Shown here: positions 1-13,028 of the stretch, piece after piece
Numbering within the stretch: the first letter of the stretch is position 1
Layout of the letters: every line of letters begins with the position of its first letter
NCBI GenBank assembly: GCA_002633005.1
Contig: NMRA01000500.1
Coordinates: forward strand, 200,943-264,942
Reading direction: 5' to 3'
Length of the DNA stretch: 64,000 nt
From: Phoronis australis
Lineage: Eukaryota; Animalia; Phoronida
Made by a program: the position numbers and the translations under genes
The notes under the pieces: generated by a model
The model's input: only the letters and a program-made list of their open reading frames with translations
Database searches by the model: none
What the model was told of the DNA's origin: nothing

Positions 1-1084
1 ATTAAATTTTTAGTCTTTTTGTTATATTTAAAATGTACTAAGTTAAAGCTACTGGCAAATGCCATAGAAAACCAATTCGGGGGTAATAACACTCACCATT
101 GTTGAGACAGTAGTGTTAGCGTTTACATTTCCTCGTCATTAGCTCAGATCTACATCAATACAAAGGCACCATAAAAGTTGTCTAGGGCTATGGGAATCTG
201 AACAGGGATCAGTGTAAGCATTCTCCACATGTTTATTGCAATATAGCTTGCAAAGCAGTATTAACATTAAACCGCCATTGTTCATGAACACATATTAGGA
301 GCGTGTCCAGCTATACACGGTTATACTTCCCCTGTTGAAATTATAACACCTTCCGCGATACTTTACCTCAGTTGCACAAGCATCTAGAGACCCCGCCTAG
401 AGATGGAGTTGTTGATAATTCTGAGCAACTGGGGAAAGTATTAGTAGATAATGTTTCAAATATCTCTTAGCTGTTTCCTTCTACGTTCAACTAGACTTTC
501 TGCAATACGGGTGACATACCAGTGCCTCGCTCCATATGAATCCTGCCCGATGTCTCGCACTCTTGATGGGCTGAACTAGCGGCTTCACCACGGTTTTTAT
601 ACACCTTGCATGACAGTTCACGATCTTTTCTGGGGCAAAATTCAGAACAAGTTCAACTGCTGAAATCCGCCGAGGTAACTTCTATGAAAAGCATGCCGAA
701 GTACCCAATGAACTAGCTCTTGCAGTGTTGAGAAGTTACAGATAACGATCACGAGGACATGTTTGTCATTGGCACAAATCCTATTTGTTTTTCTCTTTAA
801 TTCCTTTACAACATGAATTGGCATTAAGGAAAATTCTTGTTCCACTACCCTCGTGAAGGTTGTTGAGGGCACCTGAGCCAGGGTGCGTGAAACAGTACCA
901 GCAGGGATTCTACTACATTCCCTAAATTTTCAGCGCATTTGTAAAATTTGCTTACTAAAAAGTACTATCCTACTTTACATGTTACATTTCCTAACAGTAT
1001 AGTTAAACTATAGGCGCTGCATGAAAACATCTCTATTTATTTTCAATTTGTTCTCTGGACAAAACTAAGTTACAATAAAGTATC

Positions 1085-1193
1085 GGAAAAAGGACAACCA
1101 GAGTTTAGGCCTGCGCAGTGTCCACAACTGCACTAGAAATTTGAGGAACATATCTGAGGCCCCACTGCGGCTGTTTCTTGAAACCGGTCACTG
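1085..1193 (-). repeat. ~105-bp dispersed repeat; inverted copy of 2038-2139
   Basis: Reverse complement CAGTGACCGGTTTCAAGAAACAGCCGCAGTGGGGCCTCAGATATG...AGGCCTAAAC..GTCCTTTTTCC recurs at 2038-2139 with a few substitutions and a 7-nt indel. Confidence 0.9.
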
Positions 1194-1429
1194 GTCCTTT
1201 ATGACGCGATGTTCACTGAGTAAGGACCGCTAATACCGGCGTAGAACGTTCTCACCCGGATTGATTTGTGGCAAATTATAAGCAGAGCAACATCAGTCCT
1301 TGTTATCCCGATGTCTGGGTCCATGTCCTTGTTTCGGTCGAATTTCTCATTTGAGACTAGATGATGAATAAAGATCAAGCACAAGTATACTGTTCTCTGG
1401 TACTTCATGCCAATACGATTTATACTCCC

Positions 1430-1746
1430 AAACTTTGACTTGTCAGCGATGATGCTATTCAGCTTCTCTTTGTACTCATTCTTATTCATTATGACATGCA
1501 AAGTGGTCTTATCGGACTTCCTAATAACTTCCTGATAACGATGTCATCATTGTCCCTCAGTTGCTTGGCGGCAATACGAAGTTCTTTGGTTAATATTCTT
1601 TTGGAATTTCTTGAATTGGATCTGTTCCTTGTTCCTTCTGCCTTGACTTGGTCTTTAATATTCGTATTAACATTGACAAAGCCATCTCTCTCAAATTTTT
1701 CAATATCTTGGTAAAGTTTTTCAAGTTCAACACGTTTTTTGTGCAA
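1430..1746 (-). mobile_element. Penelope-like retroelement, N-terminal part of the RT ORF (frameshifted), inverted relative to the rest of the element
   Basis: Minus-strand translation LRDNDDIVIRK / (frameshift) HVIMNKNEYKEKLNSIIADKSKF matches the pre-RT N-terminal motif of Penelope-like elements. Confidence 0.75.
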
Positions 1747-1754
1747 ATCACATG

Positions 1755-1757
<3 letters not shown>

Positions 1758-1792
<35 letters not shown>
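1758..1792. repeat. (TA)n microsatellite next to an assembly gap
   Basis: Directly visible. Confidence 0.95.
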
Positions 1793-1796
<4 letters not shown>

Positions 1797-2001
1797 NNNN
1801 NNNNNNNNNNNNNNNNNNNNNNNNNNNNNNNNNNNNNNNNNNNNNNNNNNNNNNNNNNNNNNNNNNNNNNNNNNNNNNNNNNNNNNNNNNNNNNNNNNNN
1901 NNNNNNNNNNNNNNNNNNNNNNNNNNNNNNNNNNNNNNNNNNNNNNNNNNNNNNNNNNNNNNNNNNNNNNNNNNNNNNNNNNNNNNNNNNNNNNNNNNNN
2001 N
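1797..2001. other. assembly gap
   Basis: N run. Confidence 1.
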
Positions 2002-2211
2002 TGTGTGTGTGGGATTTGCACAAAAAACGGTGAGTTGCAGTGACCGGTTTCAAGAAACAGCCGCAGTGGGGCCTCAGATATGCTCCTCAAATTTATAGTG
2101 CAGTTGTGGACACTGCGTAGGCCTAAACGTCCTTTTTCCTATCCTGCATCTCTTGACGTTGAAAATTTATTTACTAAGGTCCCTGTTGTTGCAACTGGAG
2201 AAATAATATTA

Positions 2212-2624
2212 TACCACAAGATTAACGTCAAATGGCAGATACAACCGTGTAATAACCCATAAAGTTATCTCACTAGTGAGATAACTATTTGGCGGGAAAC
2301 CGAGGACGGAGTCGAACCCGGGACCCTGGAATTGCTGGTCGCCGACTTTACCACTACACCATGCAGCGACTGACGTCATCAAGAGTGAAAATAGAATACT
2401 TAAATGAGCACGCGCAATAATCGCATGTTCAACAAACCGTATTGTACTGTACTTATACGCTACGAAAAATTAGACACATAATTTCCATAAAAATGATATC
2501 TTAATTCAGTGAAATTTTTCTCTCATGCCTCTTACTTGTAAATCACCGATCTCCAGTTTGAATGCAGGTATCGTGTCGTCAGCCGGAGGATCTTTGACTT
2601 GAGAATTATATTCAGTTACCAGTG
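2212..2624 (-). mobile_element. ~410-bp repeat containing a tRNA-derived SINE-like head and a 24-bp palindrome (copy 1, uninterrupted)
   Basis: Minus strand has an A box (TGGTGTAGTGG) and B box (GGTTCGACTCC) at ~2300-2365. Palindrome AGTTATCTCACTAGTGAGATAACT at 2263-2286. Second copy at 9963-10158 plus 11830-12049. Confidence 0.8.
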
Positions 2625-2769
2625 GTAACCTACTTTAGCAGACGTTTTCCCGGTCGAAGCTTAGCGTGAAAAAACGTGTTTTAAGCAATAATAGTCGGTA
2701 AACCTTAATTTATAAATTCAATTTATTTCTATTATATTTAAGTTTTCAATTGGTTTTGAGTAAAAGGGA

Positions 2770-2831
2770 GGATTTTGGAGAATTATCGCCCTCGGGGCTT
2801 ACGCCCCTCGGGCGATAATTCTCCAAAATCC
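2770..2831. repeat. long hairpin/palindrome (22-bp stem, 2x2 mismatch, 5-bp stem, 4-nt loop)
   Basis: GGATTTTGGAGAATTATCGCCC-TC-GGGGC-TTAC-GCCCC-TC-GGGCGATAATTCTCCAAAATCC. Confidence 0.9.
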
Positions 2832-5800
2832 ACTCGGGCTCTAGATAACGGGGGATAACGACTTCGCCATGTAATAATTTATATTTATCTTCTATGTATC
2901 AGGTATCAATGGCTCGTCCCAGTATTCCTAAGGAGGTAATTCGACATTTGTTGTTAATTGCACTACAAAAGTACCTTTTAGGAACTGTATTTACAAACCA
3001 ATGGTATATCCATGGGATCACCTCTCGTACCGACTTTTGCTGATTTTCACATGTGCAACATTGAAACTAAGGTTATTGATAGTCTTCAAGGAAAGCCGAA
3101 CATGTACTGCAGGTATGTTGATGATATGTTTATGATTGTCAACCATGATAAGCTTATGAAGATCAAACTCTCTTTAGAGCAAAATTCTGTATTAAAATTC
3201 ACGCATGAATTACAGTTAAAACAAGCTACCGTTCTTAGACGTACTTATTGATTATGATGAATTTGGCATTGAAACCTCAGTATACAGGAAACTACATATG
3301 ATGGGGTTTGTTTACATGAAACTAGCCAATGTCCTCTGATATATGAATTCTCTGTTTTGACAAGCTTTTTGAAAAGAGCATATTCCGTTTGCTCAGACTG
3401 GAAAACCTTCAACTCTGAGTGTAATCGCATTATGCAAATTATGATAAATAACGGTTACAGTAATAAGTTTGTTGATGAGAATATGAAGCTTTTCATAAGC
3501 CGCTTGCATAGGCCTGTGTGTTTAAAACAACCAAGTGGTTGTACTAAGAAACTATTCTACTGCAACCAATTCCATTCACGTTATATTGAAGATGAACGAG
3601 TTTTAAAACGGATCGTCTATAATAATGTTAAGACCGTTAAGCCAGAAGATAGTTTTAAGTTATTTATATATTACCAAAACCATAAAACTAAAGATCTTGT
3701 TGTTAAAAACAATATGTGCTCAAAGTCGGTCGAGTGTTAGCCAAAACTGACTTGATTTATCAGTTCAATTGCCCCCACAACAAATGTATTCGTTCAAACA
3801 CTGATTGCTCAAGGTATGTTGGTTATACAACTTGCACTTCATCTCGCCGGTTATCTATGCATTTACAAAATGGATCAATTAAAGATCACTTCCAAACACT
3901 CCACAAACAGAAAATTTCTCGTTCAGATATTGTTGACAGTACCATTGTCCGGCATTTCGAACGTGACTCCTTTCGTTTGAAACCATCATCCACAGATTCT
4001 GCATCAGGCATTGTGACATTGGCTTCAAGAATGTCAGTGAGCCATGATTTTAGGCGAACACGTCGTGACTGAGGCTGTTGGCAATGGTCCGATTTTCGTG
4101 ACAGAAAATGCCATGTTGATCGCATTGGCTATCCTGGCATGGTATAAATAGAATGTCTTCTGTTCTACTGAGTGATAATTCCTTGCATTCCAACCCAATG
4201 AGATAAATATAGAAGATATAGCTCATTGTTCCAACCTAGTTAGTGTTCCAACCTAGTTAGACCATGGACCAGGCGAAAAAGCTTTTCTGCTCTCACGACG
4301 ATGAAGAGGTGTACATGTGAATATCTTCTATTCTGACGAGTATGCATAAATATTAACTCTCACGTGATTGTATTTATTCAAGTTATTCCACATTACAAGT
4401 GATCAAGGCTCACACGCTATAGTCTAGCAGGTTGAACTCAATAATTATAGCTTTGGTAAAGCGAAAAACTACAAAAATGTCAAATGTTTCACATCATTTC
4501 AAAATAAATAGGTAAAAACTGCATTTTAAGGACTTGTGTGCTATTCGATGTCTTTCATGCCATCACTAGGAAGCACACCCTCTAGTATAATACAACACTT
4601 ATTTTATGGAATATTATTCCAAGCAAGAAAGGTACCGCAGGCCATGCAAGATGGTGCAGATTAAGGCAGGAGAGAAGTAGTAATGAGAATGCCCGTGAAA
4701 ACCATGTAAAATCCAATATATGACCGAAGTCAAGCACATCCCTGCATCAGCTACGATTTTGATACACGACTTCTCTGAAAAAAAAGATTATTCACAATTG
4801 TGGCTTACAGAATATGATACAAGAAGAATTGTGATAAACAGTTTTAAAAACAATAGTAGGCTAAGTGATTAACCACAACATAAGGTGCCCTTCTAAGCTT
4901 AACCATGGGGAACATCATTGGCAGTTGGCAGAGCAGTTTTTCAGTGGATGGAATGGTACTTGAAACCAGGGTCCAGTTTTATCAAAGGTTGCAAGTCTGG
5001 TTAAGACCGATGGCGAAAATTCAGAAAAAAAACGTTTCAAGAACTTTAAGACTGTCTTTGGTCGTCGGTTTTAGACTTAGACAGAAATGACCCAAGTGGG
5101 TTACGCTTTCGCCTGGACACAACACTGAACGAGGCGATGACTGAAATACTGTTTCAAGAATAATCTTGGCTTCGAAACTCTAAATGGTTATTTTTTACAC
5201 CATTTTTATGTGGAAATACCCTGGAAGGACTGGAAAATGTCATTTCAGATGTGCAGGTAATACAATGTCTCTACACCCGGTGGTTTGCCTGTTCTCGAAC
5301 CGAAATAAAACGTGAATGGGCATTAGGTTGCAAAAGATTGCTAAAAATATCAACGAAATTTGTTCCTCGACGGTTTACAGTGATGATCGTTCAGTCTTTT
5401 AAAAGCCTACACCGACCAAATTTGAGGTCTACTTTCAGTCTAATCTTAGACCGATTTCGGTCGAAATTAAAGTGCCCAAAACCACCTTGTCACCTCGCCT
5501 TTGGCAGGCGACAATATGTGTCGAGTGCAACAACATATGACACAATACACCTCTTGGTTTATAACTGACATGGGTTAAATTCCCCCACCTGGAAACAATC
5601 TGATTGAGACTCCAGCATTCAGTGGCAGATCAAGACCAGCATGTCAAACCACGGTACAAACGAAATGGAGCGAAATCGCACGGAACGCTTCTCCTGTGCG
5701 GTGTATATTGAAGATGCAAAGTCCTTACCTCGACAATGCCACCGTCTCAAGTGGTGGATTTAAAATTCTCTGAGATTCCATTTGGCAGTACGGGGGTGCG

Positions 5801-8800
5801 AATCGTGCAACCAGCTTTCATATTGAAGGTCACTTCCTGCATCGTTTTGTGACAACATGATGGTGGAGTGAACTGTCACTCGTTTTTTAAGCTTAATGAT
5901 GTTTAACCTTTCATCTTAAGGTGTCCCATTTCAGACGGGACCCTCTCTCGGTGAAGCAGTTCGGGGAAATGTCCCTTTGTCCCTCTATACATGTAAATCC
6001 AACACTGCCAAGTATTCACAAGGGAATTTGAAGTTTCATATTCATCAAAAAATACAAAACATTCGTACCCAGCACACCAGTATCAAGACATTTGACCCAA
6101 ACAACCAAAAATGTGAACAAAATAAAAAAGGATTGACCGCCATCGCAATGGTGGAATTTTGAAGAACGCGAAGACCACTATGTCAGAATTACACAAAAGG
6201 ACTATTTCCGATGGTTAGTTATGAATGTTACAGTTTCCCATAGTATCACAAGAATAGTATCTCTTTTGAAGATGGTTACCATGCGCACACCCAGGCCTAA
6301 AATATAGGGGGATCGAATTTTTGAGAATGTAGACCTTTTACTAAAAAACGGGTACTAAGAAAAATAAACGGGGTACAACGATCAGAGCTATGAATTGAAC
6401 ATTCCCGCCGAATTCCTGCCTTTTCGCCTTTTTAGTGGACTTTTATCTCGTTTTTCTCGGACTTTTTTCTCTGAGGCGGACCTTTGTTGCCCACTTCGCC
6501 AAATGGGGGGAGTGGCTCGTGCGCGCCCCCCTGTGAGCATGGTTACTACGATTTGTTTGTAAGGAATTTCCTGATGTGGAAAACACTACTGTCTATGCTA
6601 TTATTTCTGATGACAGCGTAAATGTCGAAAGGAGGTACTTAAAAAACTCCCACAATCATAAACAATGATTTCAGCGTTCAGCGTTTTTGTCAGTGGAGTT
6701 CAAATTTACCTAGTGAACAGTTATAGTTACATGTACCTCTGAAATGAGCAAAATATACTTTAATACGAATCCCCCATCTCCCATGCTCCCCCGGTTACCC
6801 GCCAAAATCTGAGAGCTTGCCTGCGGAAATTGCTTACAACATTTCGTTGTGATAAACCAATTCGTTGGTTTCTATTTTACTTGTTTATGTATCTACGAAA
6901 ATCGATAGATTCACAGATGATTTTTGACAATTAGAATCTAATCTTCTAAGAAATGAAGATATTTCAGTGAATTTAATTGCAGCCTGAAGTTGGAAAAACT
7001 CTGCAGTCCGATCCCCAAATAGTAAAGTACACTTGGAAGATTTTTGCCTATCTAAAATTACTCTTAAAGACATTGATGGAATTCAGACTCACAAACCGTA
7101 GATCGAAAAAAGTTTTAAAAGTCCTTAAATAAATAAAATTAAACTCATTGCTTGGAAAGGTTGTATTTGTACTTTCTTGGTGTTTTAATTTTCTGCTAGT
7201 TCTTCAAAACTGAATTCTTTGCTTGCCTGATTCCCGAGCACGTCATGACTGACGCACCCACGTTAAAAATAAGATATAACCGTGCAGTAGGTCCGCGCAG
7301 GATCACAGGGATCCACGGAAACTGAAGTTCAGGCGTTGAAGTGTGTACATTTTTGGGAAACGCTCTGTATCTTTTTCCCCAACAACCAGAAACTGGAATG
7401 CCGGTCGTGTTTCAACGACAAATTTTGAAACAGCTCCAAAGGCACTATACCAGGGACCTCAGTACCTCACCTTTTTAAAAACCTCCTTCAAAGAATGACC
7501 ATAATAAAATAAAGTTTTCCCTTTGCTGGATCACAATAAAATGAATCTTGACCTTAGAGCCATTGTGGACGGCCGGCATGACTAAACTGACCAGCAACTA
7601 GCTTTAGTTCATCGGGAATTTAGTATTTTAACACTGTTAGATCTCAGCTATAGCTACCTGAGGCAGGTCTTCGCTACCGGTTGTTTTACTGGTCCTAGGC
7701 TTATTCTTACTTTCCATGTTGGTTCACGGTTACTCAACTCTTGATGGCTGCATCCCCGGGATTGTCCCCTACCTAGGGCGAGCGTGGGAGATTCGGTACG
7801 AATATGGTGGCATCGGGAGCACGGGGGTGGTGGAGTTGGTGGCGATGGGGTGGGGGGGGGGGCTGGAGTAGCTTGGCGAAGTCGAAATAATTTGTGCCCC
7901 CAATAATTTTTTCCTGAATTATGTTAGGGATAATTAGCCTAAGCCAGTAGAGACGGTGGCACTGTCTAGTCCTTGCCATGCAAACTCGCCGGTGATTCAT
8001 TTCTTATTTTCATTCTGGCTAAAAGCGACACGCGTTTCTAAATATAACGATTACCTTCGGCTCCAAGGAGTATTATGCTGGCTAGGAATTCTATAAATGC
8101 GATCGCCCATCTTGGCTTCCACTCTCCATCGTCCAAGTCATGGGAACCGTAACGGCCACGTACGAAGTCTGCAAAAACTTTTTTCTGAAACAATATTTAG
8201 TTACTGGATACTACCACCTATGAAACAGAACAAATATGAAAACTATGCAACATGTGTTCAAAATAACATTGTCTCTTTTATTATTATTTTCCAGAATCCA
8301 CTTTCTTTAGTAACATAACAATCGTAAATATGTGTTCCAATATGGAAATTCCTACACTGTTGAGCCATCCACAGTACATTTCAAAGTTACATGATAGATG
8401 TTTGCTCATTTTTATCCATCCGAAAGCCTTTATCTACAAATATGATAACAATACTTGGAATAGTTTATCGCATTTTTTCGTAAATGTCACTGCATTCTGA
8501 ATTTTTAGCACAGAATTCAATTGCATCAAACGGCACCAAAAGTTCAGTTAATTATAATATATAAAGATGTATAATTCTGTATGAATGCCTGACTAAATTA
8601 CCTACAGCAAGTGTGAAGGATCCATATTATAAAACCTTTGTCTTTATGGATTAGAAATCTTTTGAAACATTGAAATTAAATTATTTCCCTGATAGCTTAA
8701 TTAGTCTTCTATAAAAGCTCTCTGGTTACTGTTACATGCTGTTATTTTTCGCATTTGGTGACACTCTTGGTTTTTAGAATTATAATATATATTTTCAAAT

Positions 8801-9420
8801 TATTCAGGTAAGCGAAATGATAATTACTTATGAATTATCTTTTGCTTCTGGTATAATCATCAAGAACTGACAAATGACTTTCTAATGATATTGCTCTTAT
8901 GCAATTCGGTTCGAAAACGGTAGAGTTGCGAAAAGTTTTACTGACAGTAAATTCCATAGCAAGTGAGGACCACAGTTCCAGTGGCTGAGTTTGACCTAAT
9001 CACTGGCTTGGGTGAATCAAAGCCCTTGGTGGCACAACTGTCAAGGACTCCTGAAAAGCAGGCATAACTGACAGTAAGTACAATCAAAAATGAAAAAATT
9101 CAACAAGGACATATCTTTTTACCTTGCTACATCCACCGGAGAAAAAATTCAAGATGGCAAAAAATATCAAAAAAGTGTAATTATATCCGGCAATTTTATC
9201 AAAAATTACAACTTCACGACCGCCTCGGTGCAAGAAAGGAGAACATTAAACAATTGCTCTTTTATTCTAGATTCCAGAAATTTAGGTTAAAATGTGTCAT
9301 TACCAACCAGATTTTTGACAATTTCCACTTGTCAAAACGCTACCTAGATTCGCGCGAAGAATTCAACACTAAACAAGTATGTGCTCTCAAAATGGCGGCA
9401 CTTCCGCATCCTAGTAGACA

Positions 9421-9627
9421 GGTGGTCTGATACACGTTGTACCAGACGTGCGCAGGCCTCGCATGTGGGCCCATTGCTCCGATCACCTGGAAATATTTTA
9501 TGCTTTATTAATATATGGTTAAAACCGAGCTGGCTCAAGGGTTTAGCAGTGTGACCTGGTGGGACTCGAACCCACGACCTCTAGTAAAGAAAGCGGGCAC
9601 TTATCAACCAAGCCACACTGCCTCCTC
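9421..9627 (-). mobile_element. tRNA-derived SINE with a 12-bp target-site duplication
   Basis: Minus-strand head GGAGGCAGTGTGGCTTGGTTG..GGTTCGAGTCCCACC (A/B boxes). Flanked by TCCTAGTAGACA at 9409-9420 and 9628-9639. Related copy at 19749-19975. Confidence 0.85.
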
Positions 9628-9962
9628 TCCTAGTAGACAAGAGCGCATGCCAAATTTCAGGACTCAATTTACTCAAAACAACTTCAAGGAACGACTGAAT
9701 ACCATCCATGGCAATCACGCCCCCTTTAGTCCACAATACTGCCATGAAACCCGACCCACCCCATTTTCTTTATTTTGGTGAAGCTACAAGAGTCTGTACC
9801 ACAATGCCAAAACGTTGAATCGTCGAAATCCCGGTCGCTCCTCACTATCAAAAGACAAAACGTCCAACTATCCTCAGGGTGAAAGAAATTCAGTTGATAT
9901 CCGCACGCTTATTTCCCCATTTATAGCGAAATATTTTCACTGCTGATTTTCAAATAATTATC

Positions 9963-12049
9963 ATTATACCACAATATTAGCGTCAAATGGCAGATACAAC
10001 CGTGTAATAACCCATAAAGTTATCTCACTAGTGAGATAACGATTTGGCGGGAAACCGAGGACGGAGTCGAACCCGGGAGCCTGAAATTGCTGGTCACCGA
10101 CTTTACCACTACACCATGCAGCGGCTGACGTCATCAAGAGTGAAAATAGAATACTTAAAGGAGCATGCCACCCAAAAAACAACCTAATTTGTATCAATTT
10201 AGATCGAGTAGTTCTATTCCATAACGACACGTACGGTTGCGTTACCTGACACCTGACGGCAGACGGAGGTGTTGAAATTATCCAATGACGTCATCGGTTT
10301 TACACGCAGTCTGTTCAGCAGTTCACAACACGGGTTACTGGTGTCAGCTTATCGCTTGAAGTCATCGTTTAACACCAATAAATCATCAAACTTCGATGTA
10401 AAACTCTTAAAAATACACCGAGTTCTTATGATGTTGTTTTATTTCGCTCTTACGGATTTATTGGTATTTGGACACACCGTAGCTTACAAAGTTCGGCAAT
10501 AACGTCCGTAGCAGGAGTTTGGGTTCTGTTCAGAGATAATTTCGAAGTATTTTCCGTGAGATACAGACACGACAACATAGATCTGTGTTGTTTAGACTTG
10601 TGATTTTTTGAGTTCTAAACACAAAACGCTTGTTATCCTGGCCAGTGGCTCTCGGAACCCGATCAGGTCCGTCGCGGCCGGCCGCCGTTGACTCGTCCTG
10701 ATCCCATGCGGGCCAGTGGCTCGGAAGCTGATCAGACGTCACGAACATAAACCAGCCAAAGTTCAGTGGAAACTAAACTTCCAGTGAAGAAAATACTATA
10801 CTAGTGAGCCAAAGTAATGTGCACGTGATTATGTTGGTGAATTACCACGAAACTGCAAATCTACTTACTCGTCGGGGGCCGCGAACTGAATTCAGGTTCC
10901 GGCGCTTTGGCCACAGCACCCTCAGGGCACTGAGAAGTCGTGCATTGACAATCATTATTTGAGTATTGTAAATATAAATACTAAGATTCCCCTAACACCT
11001 GGCCGTGGGATGGAAATCGAGTTGTTTCACAACAGTTTCTGTCAGCAAACACTATGAGCTCACACGGCCTCGGTGTCCCGTCAATTAGTTTTATTGCACC
11101 TAAAGCCGGTAACGCAGTGATTTATTCGTTGCTGGCTTCTCAAATCATTTGCACTCACGAACACTCCAAAGGCATTACAAATTGTATCTAATGAGACAGA
11201 CTTTGTTTCAGTTTTATATAAGTATTGGTTAGGGTGAGAATAATTCATTTTGAAAAAGAACGTTCAGTAATAAACGCCAACATGGCAACTCGCAATCCCG
11301 ACTTAGGACGAGCTAGAGCTCATCAGTCCCGACTTCGTAGGTGGATCGTTAAGTTTTACAGGCTATCAATTCGAACAAGAATACAGTGAGTGAAGAAATA
11401 CTAGAGAACAAGCTCAGACAACGGAACGTATGGAGTTATTTGGTAAGCCGGCATTCGTCAGGCACTGTCGACGTCTGCAGGCCACAGATACGGAGATGTT
11501 TCACGGCCTCATACTTGCTATTTACAGCGTACATTTCATTCTTCACTACCATGAGCCACTTCCTAAGCATTTCGGACTCTCGAGAAAGTAAAAAAACGAT
11601 ATACCCGCTTTCCTCGCAGCTGCTTAGTTCGGACAAGCGGGAACGATGCACCGCAACATAGCGACATTCACTCTGCATATGAACCATTGACGTCCCTAGC
11701 GTCGTTTCTCACCTTCCTCACTGGTTAACGCGACACCTCTTGGCAAGGTAAGGTCGACCGTATGCGAGATGTGGATATAGACCGATTAAGACGGCAAAAA
11801 AGACTAATTAAATCGGGTGGCATTCTCCTTTAAATGAGCACGCGCAATAATCGCACGTTCAACAAACCGCATTGTACTGTGCTTATACGTTACGAAAAAT
11901 AAGACACATAATTTCCATAAAAATGATATCTTAATTCAGTGAAAATTTTCTCTCATGTCCTCTTACTTGTAAATCACCGATCTACAGTTTGAATGCGGGT
12001 ATCGTGTCGTCAGGATCTTTGACTTGAGAATTATATTCAGTTACCAGTG
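9963..12049 (-). mobile_element. Copy 2 of the SINE-containing ~410-bp repeat, split by a Kolobok-like insertion
   Basis: 9963-10158 and 11830-12049 align collinearly with 2212-2624. Confidence 0.85.
10159..11829 (-). mobile_element. Non-autonomous Kolobok-like DNA transposon (TTAA TSD, 15-bp TIR, THAP remnant), copy 1
   Basis: TTAA|AGGAGCATGCCACCC...GGGTGGCATTCTCCT|TTAA. Decayed THAP zinc finger on the minus strand at 11436-11690 (..SRESEMLRKWL..HLRICG). Empty site at 2400-2403. Confidence 0.88.
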
Positions 12050-12343
12050 TCTCATGAGTAAAAATTATAACTTGGTGTTAAACGCACGTGGCCAGGAAGC
12101 GCGCGCTACATACATGAACCTGTCATCAAAGACATTAGTCGGGAACTATCCATTCATGAAACGGGTAGCATAGCATCGATAAGAAATGAATATTGGCACT
12201 AATTTCCGACAATTTCTAATACTATAAAACATGTTTGCGTTATTTTTGAGATGGATTGTTTGATTAACCATAATTGGCGTTTTTGAGCCGAATATCCGAT
12301 AAAATGACAACTGACAGTGAATGCTTACACACCCTTACACCGA

Positions 12344-13028
12344 NNNNNNNNNNNNNNNNNNNNNNNNNNNNNNNNNNNNNNNNNNNNNNNNNNNNNNNNN
12401 NNNNNNNNNNNNNNNNNNNNNNNNNNNNNNNNNNNNNNNNNNNNNNNNNNNNNNNNNNNNNNNNNNNNNNNNNNNNNNNNNNNNNNNNNNNNNNNNNNNN
12501 NNNNNNNNNNNNNNNNNNNNNNNNNNNNNNNNNNNNNNNNNNNNNNNNNNNNNNNNNNNNNNNNNNNNNNNNNNNNNNNNNNNNNNNNNNNNNNNNNNNN
12601 NNNNNNNNNNNNNNNNNNNNNNNNNNNNNNNNNNNNNNNNNNNNNNNNNNNNNNNNNNNNNNNNNNNNNNNNNNNNNNNNNNNNNNNNNNNNNNNNNNNN
12701 NNNNNNNNNNNNNNNNNNNNNNNNNNNNNNNNNNNNNNNNNNNNNNNNNNNNNNNNNNNNNNNNNNNNNNNNNNNNNNNNNNNNNNNNNNNNNNNNNNNN
12801 NNNNNNNNNNNNNNNNNNNNNNNNNNNNNNNNNNNNNNNNNNNNNNNNNNNNNNNNNNNNNNNNNNNNNNNNNNNNNNNNNNNNNNNNNNNNNNNNNNNN
12901 NNNNNNNNNNNNNNNNNNNNNNNNNNNNNNNNNNNNNNNNNNNNNNNNNNNNNNNNNNNNNNNNNNNNNNNNNNNNNNNNNNNNNNNNNNNNNNNNNNNN
13001 NNNNNNNNNNNNNNNNNNNNNNNNNNNN
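12344..13028. other. assembly gap
   Basis: N run. Confidence 1.

Larger units (their letters stand above)
2129..3985 (+). mobile_element. Degenerate Penelope-like retroelement (RT plus GIY-YIG endonuclease), interrupted by a ~0.7-kb insertion
   Basis: RT motif SLDVENLFTKVP (2150-2185); then MGSPLVPTFADFHM, YCRYVDDMF, LPFLDV, LKRAYSVCS..ECNRIMQIMINNGY; then GIY-YIG LIYQFNCP..RYVGYTT..RRLSMH (3750-3870). Several frameshifts and stops. Confidence 0.9.

Noticed and set aside
2295-2370. tRNA gene (also 10045-10125, 9555-9627, 19900-19975)
   Set aside because: A/B boxes are present but a full cloverleaf does not form, and each is embedded in a dispersed repeat; SINE-derived.
4325-4375. Hammerhead ribozyme downstream of the Penelope-like element (CTGACGA); also CTGATGA at 13302 and 49737
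   Set aside because: No properly placed GAAA and stems I/III could be built.
8150-8900. Decayed minus-strand coding-like stretch
   Set aside because: Many stops and no motif I can assign.
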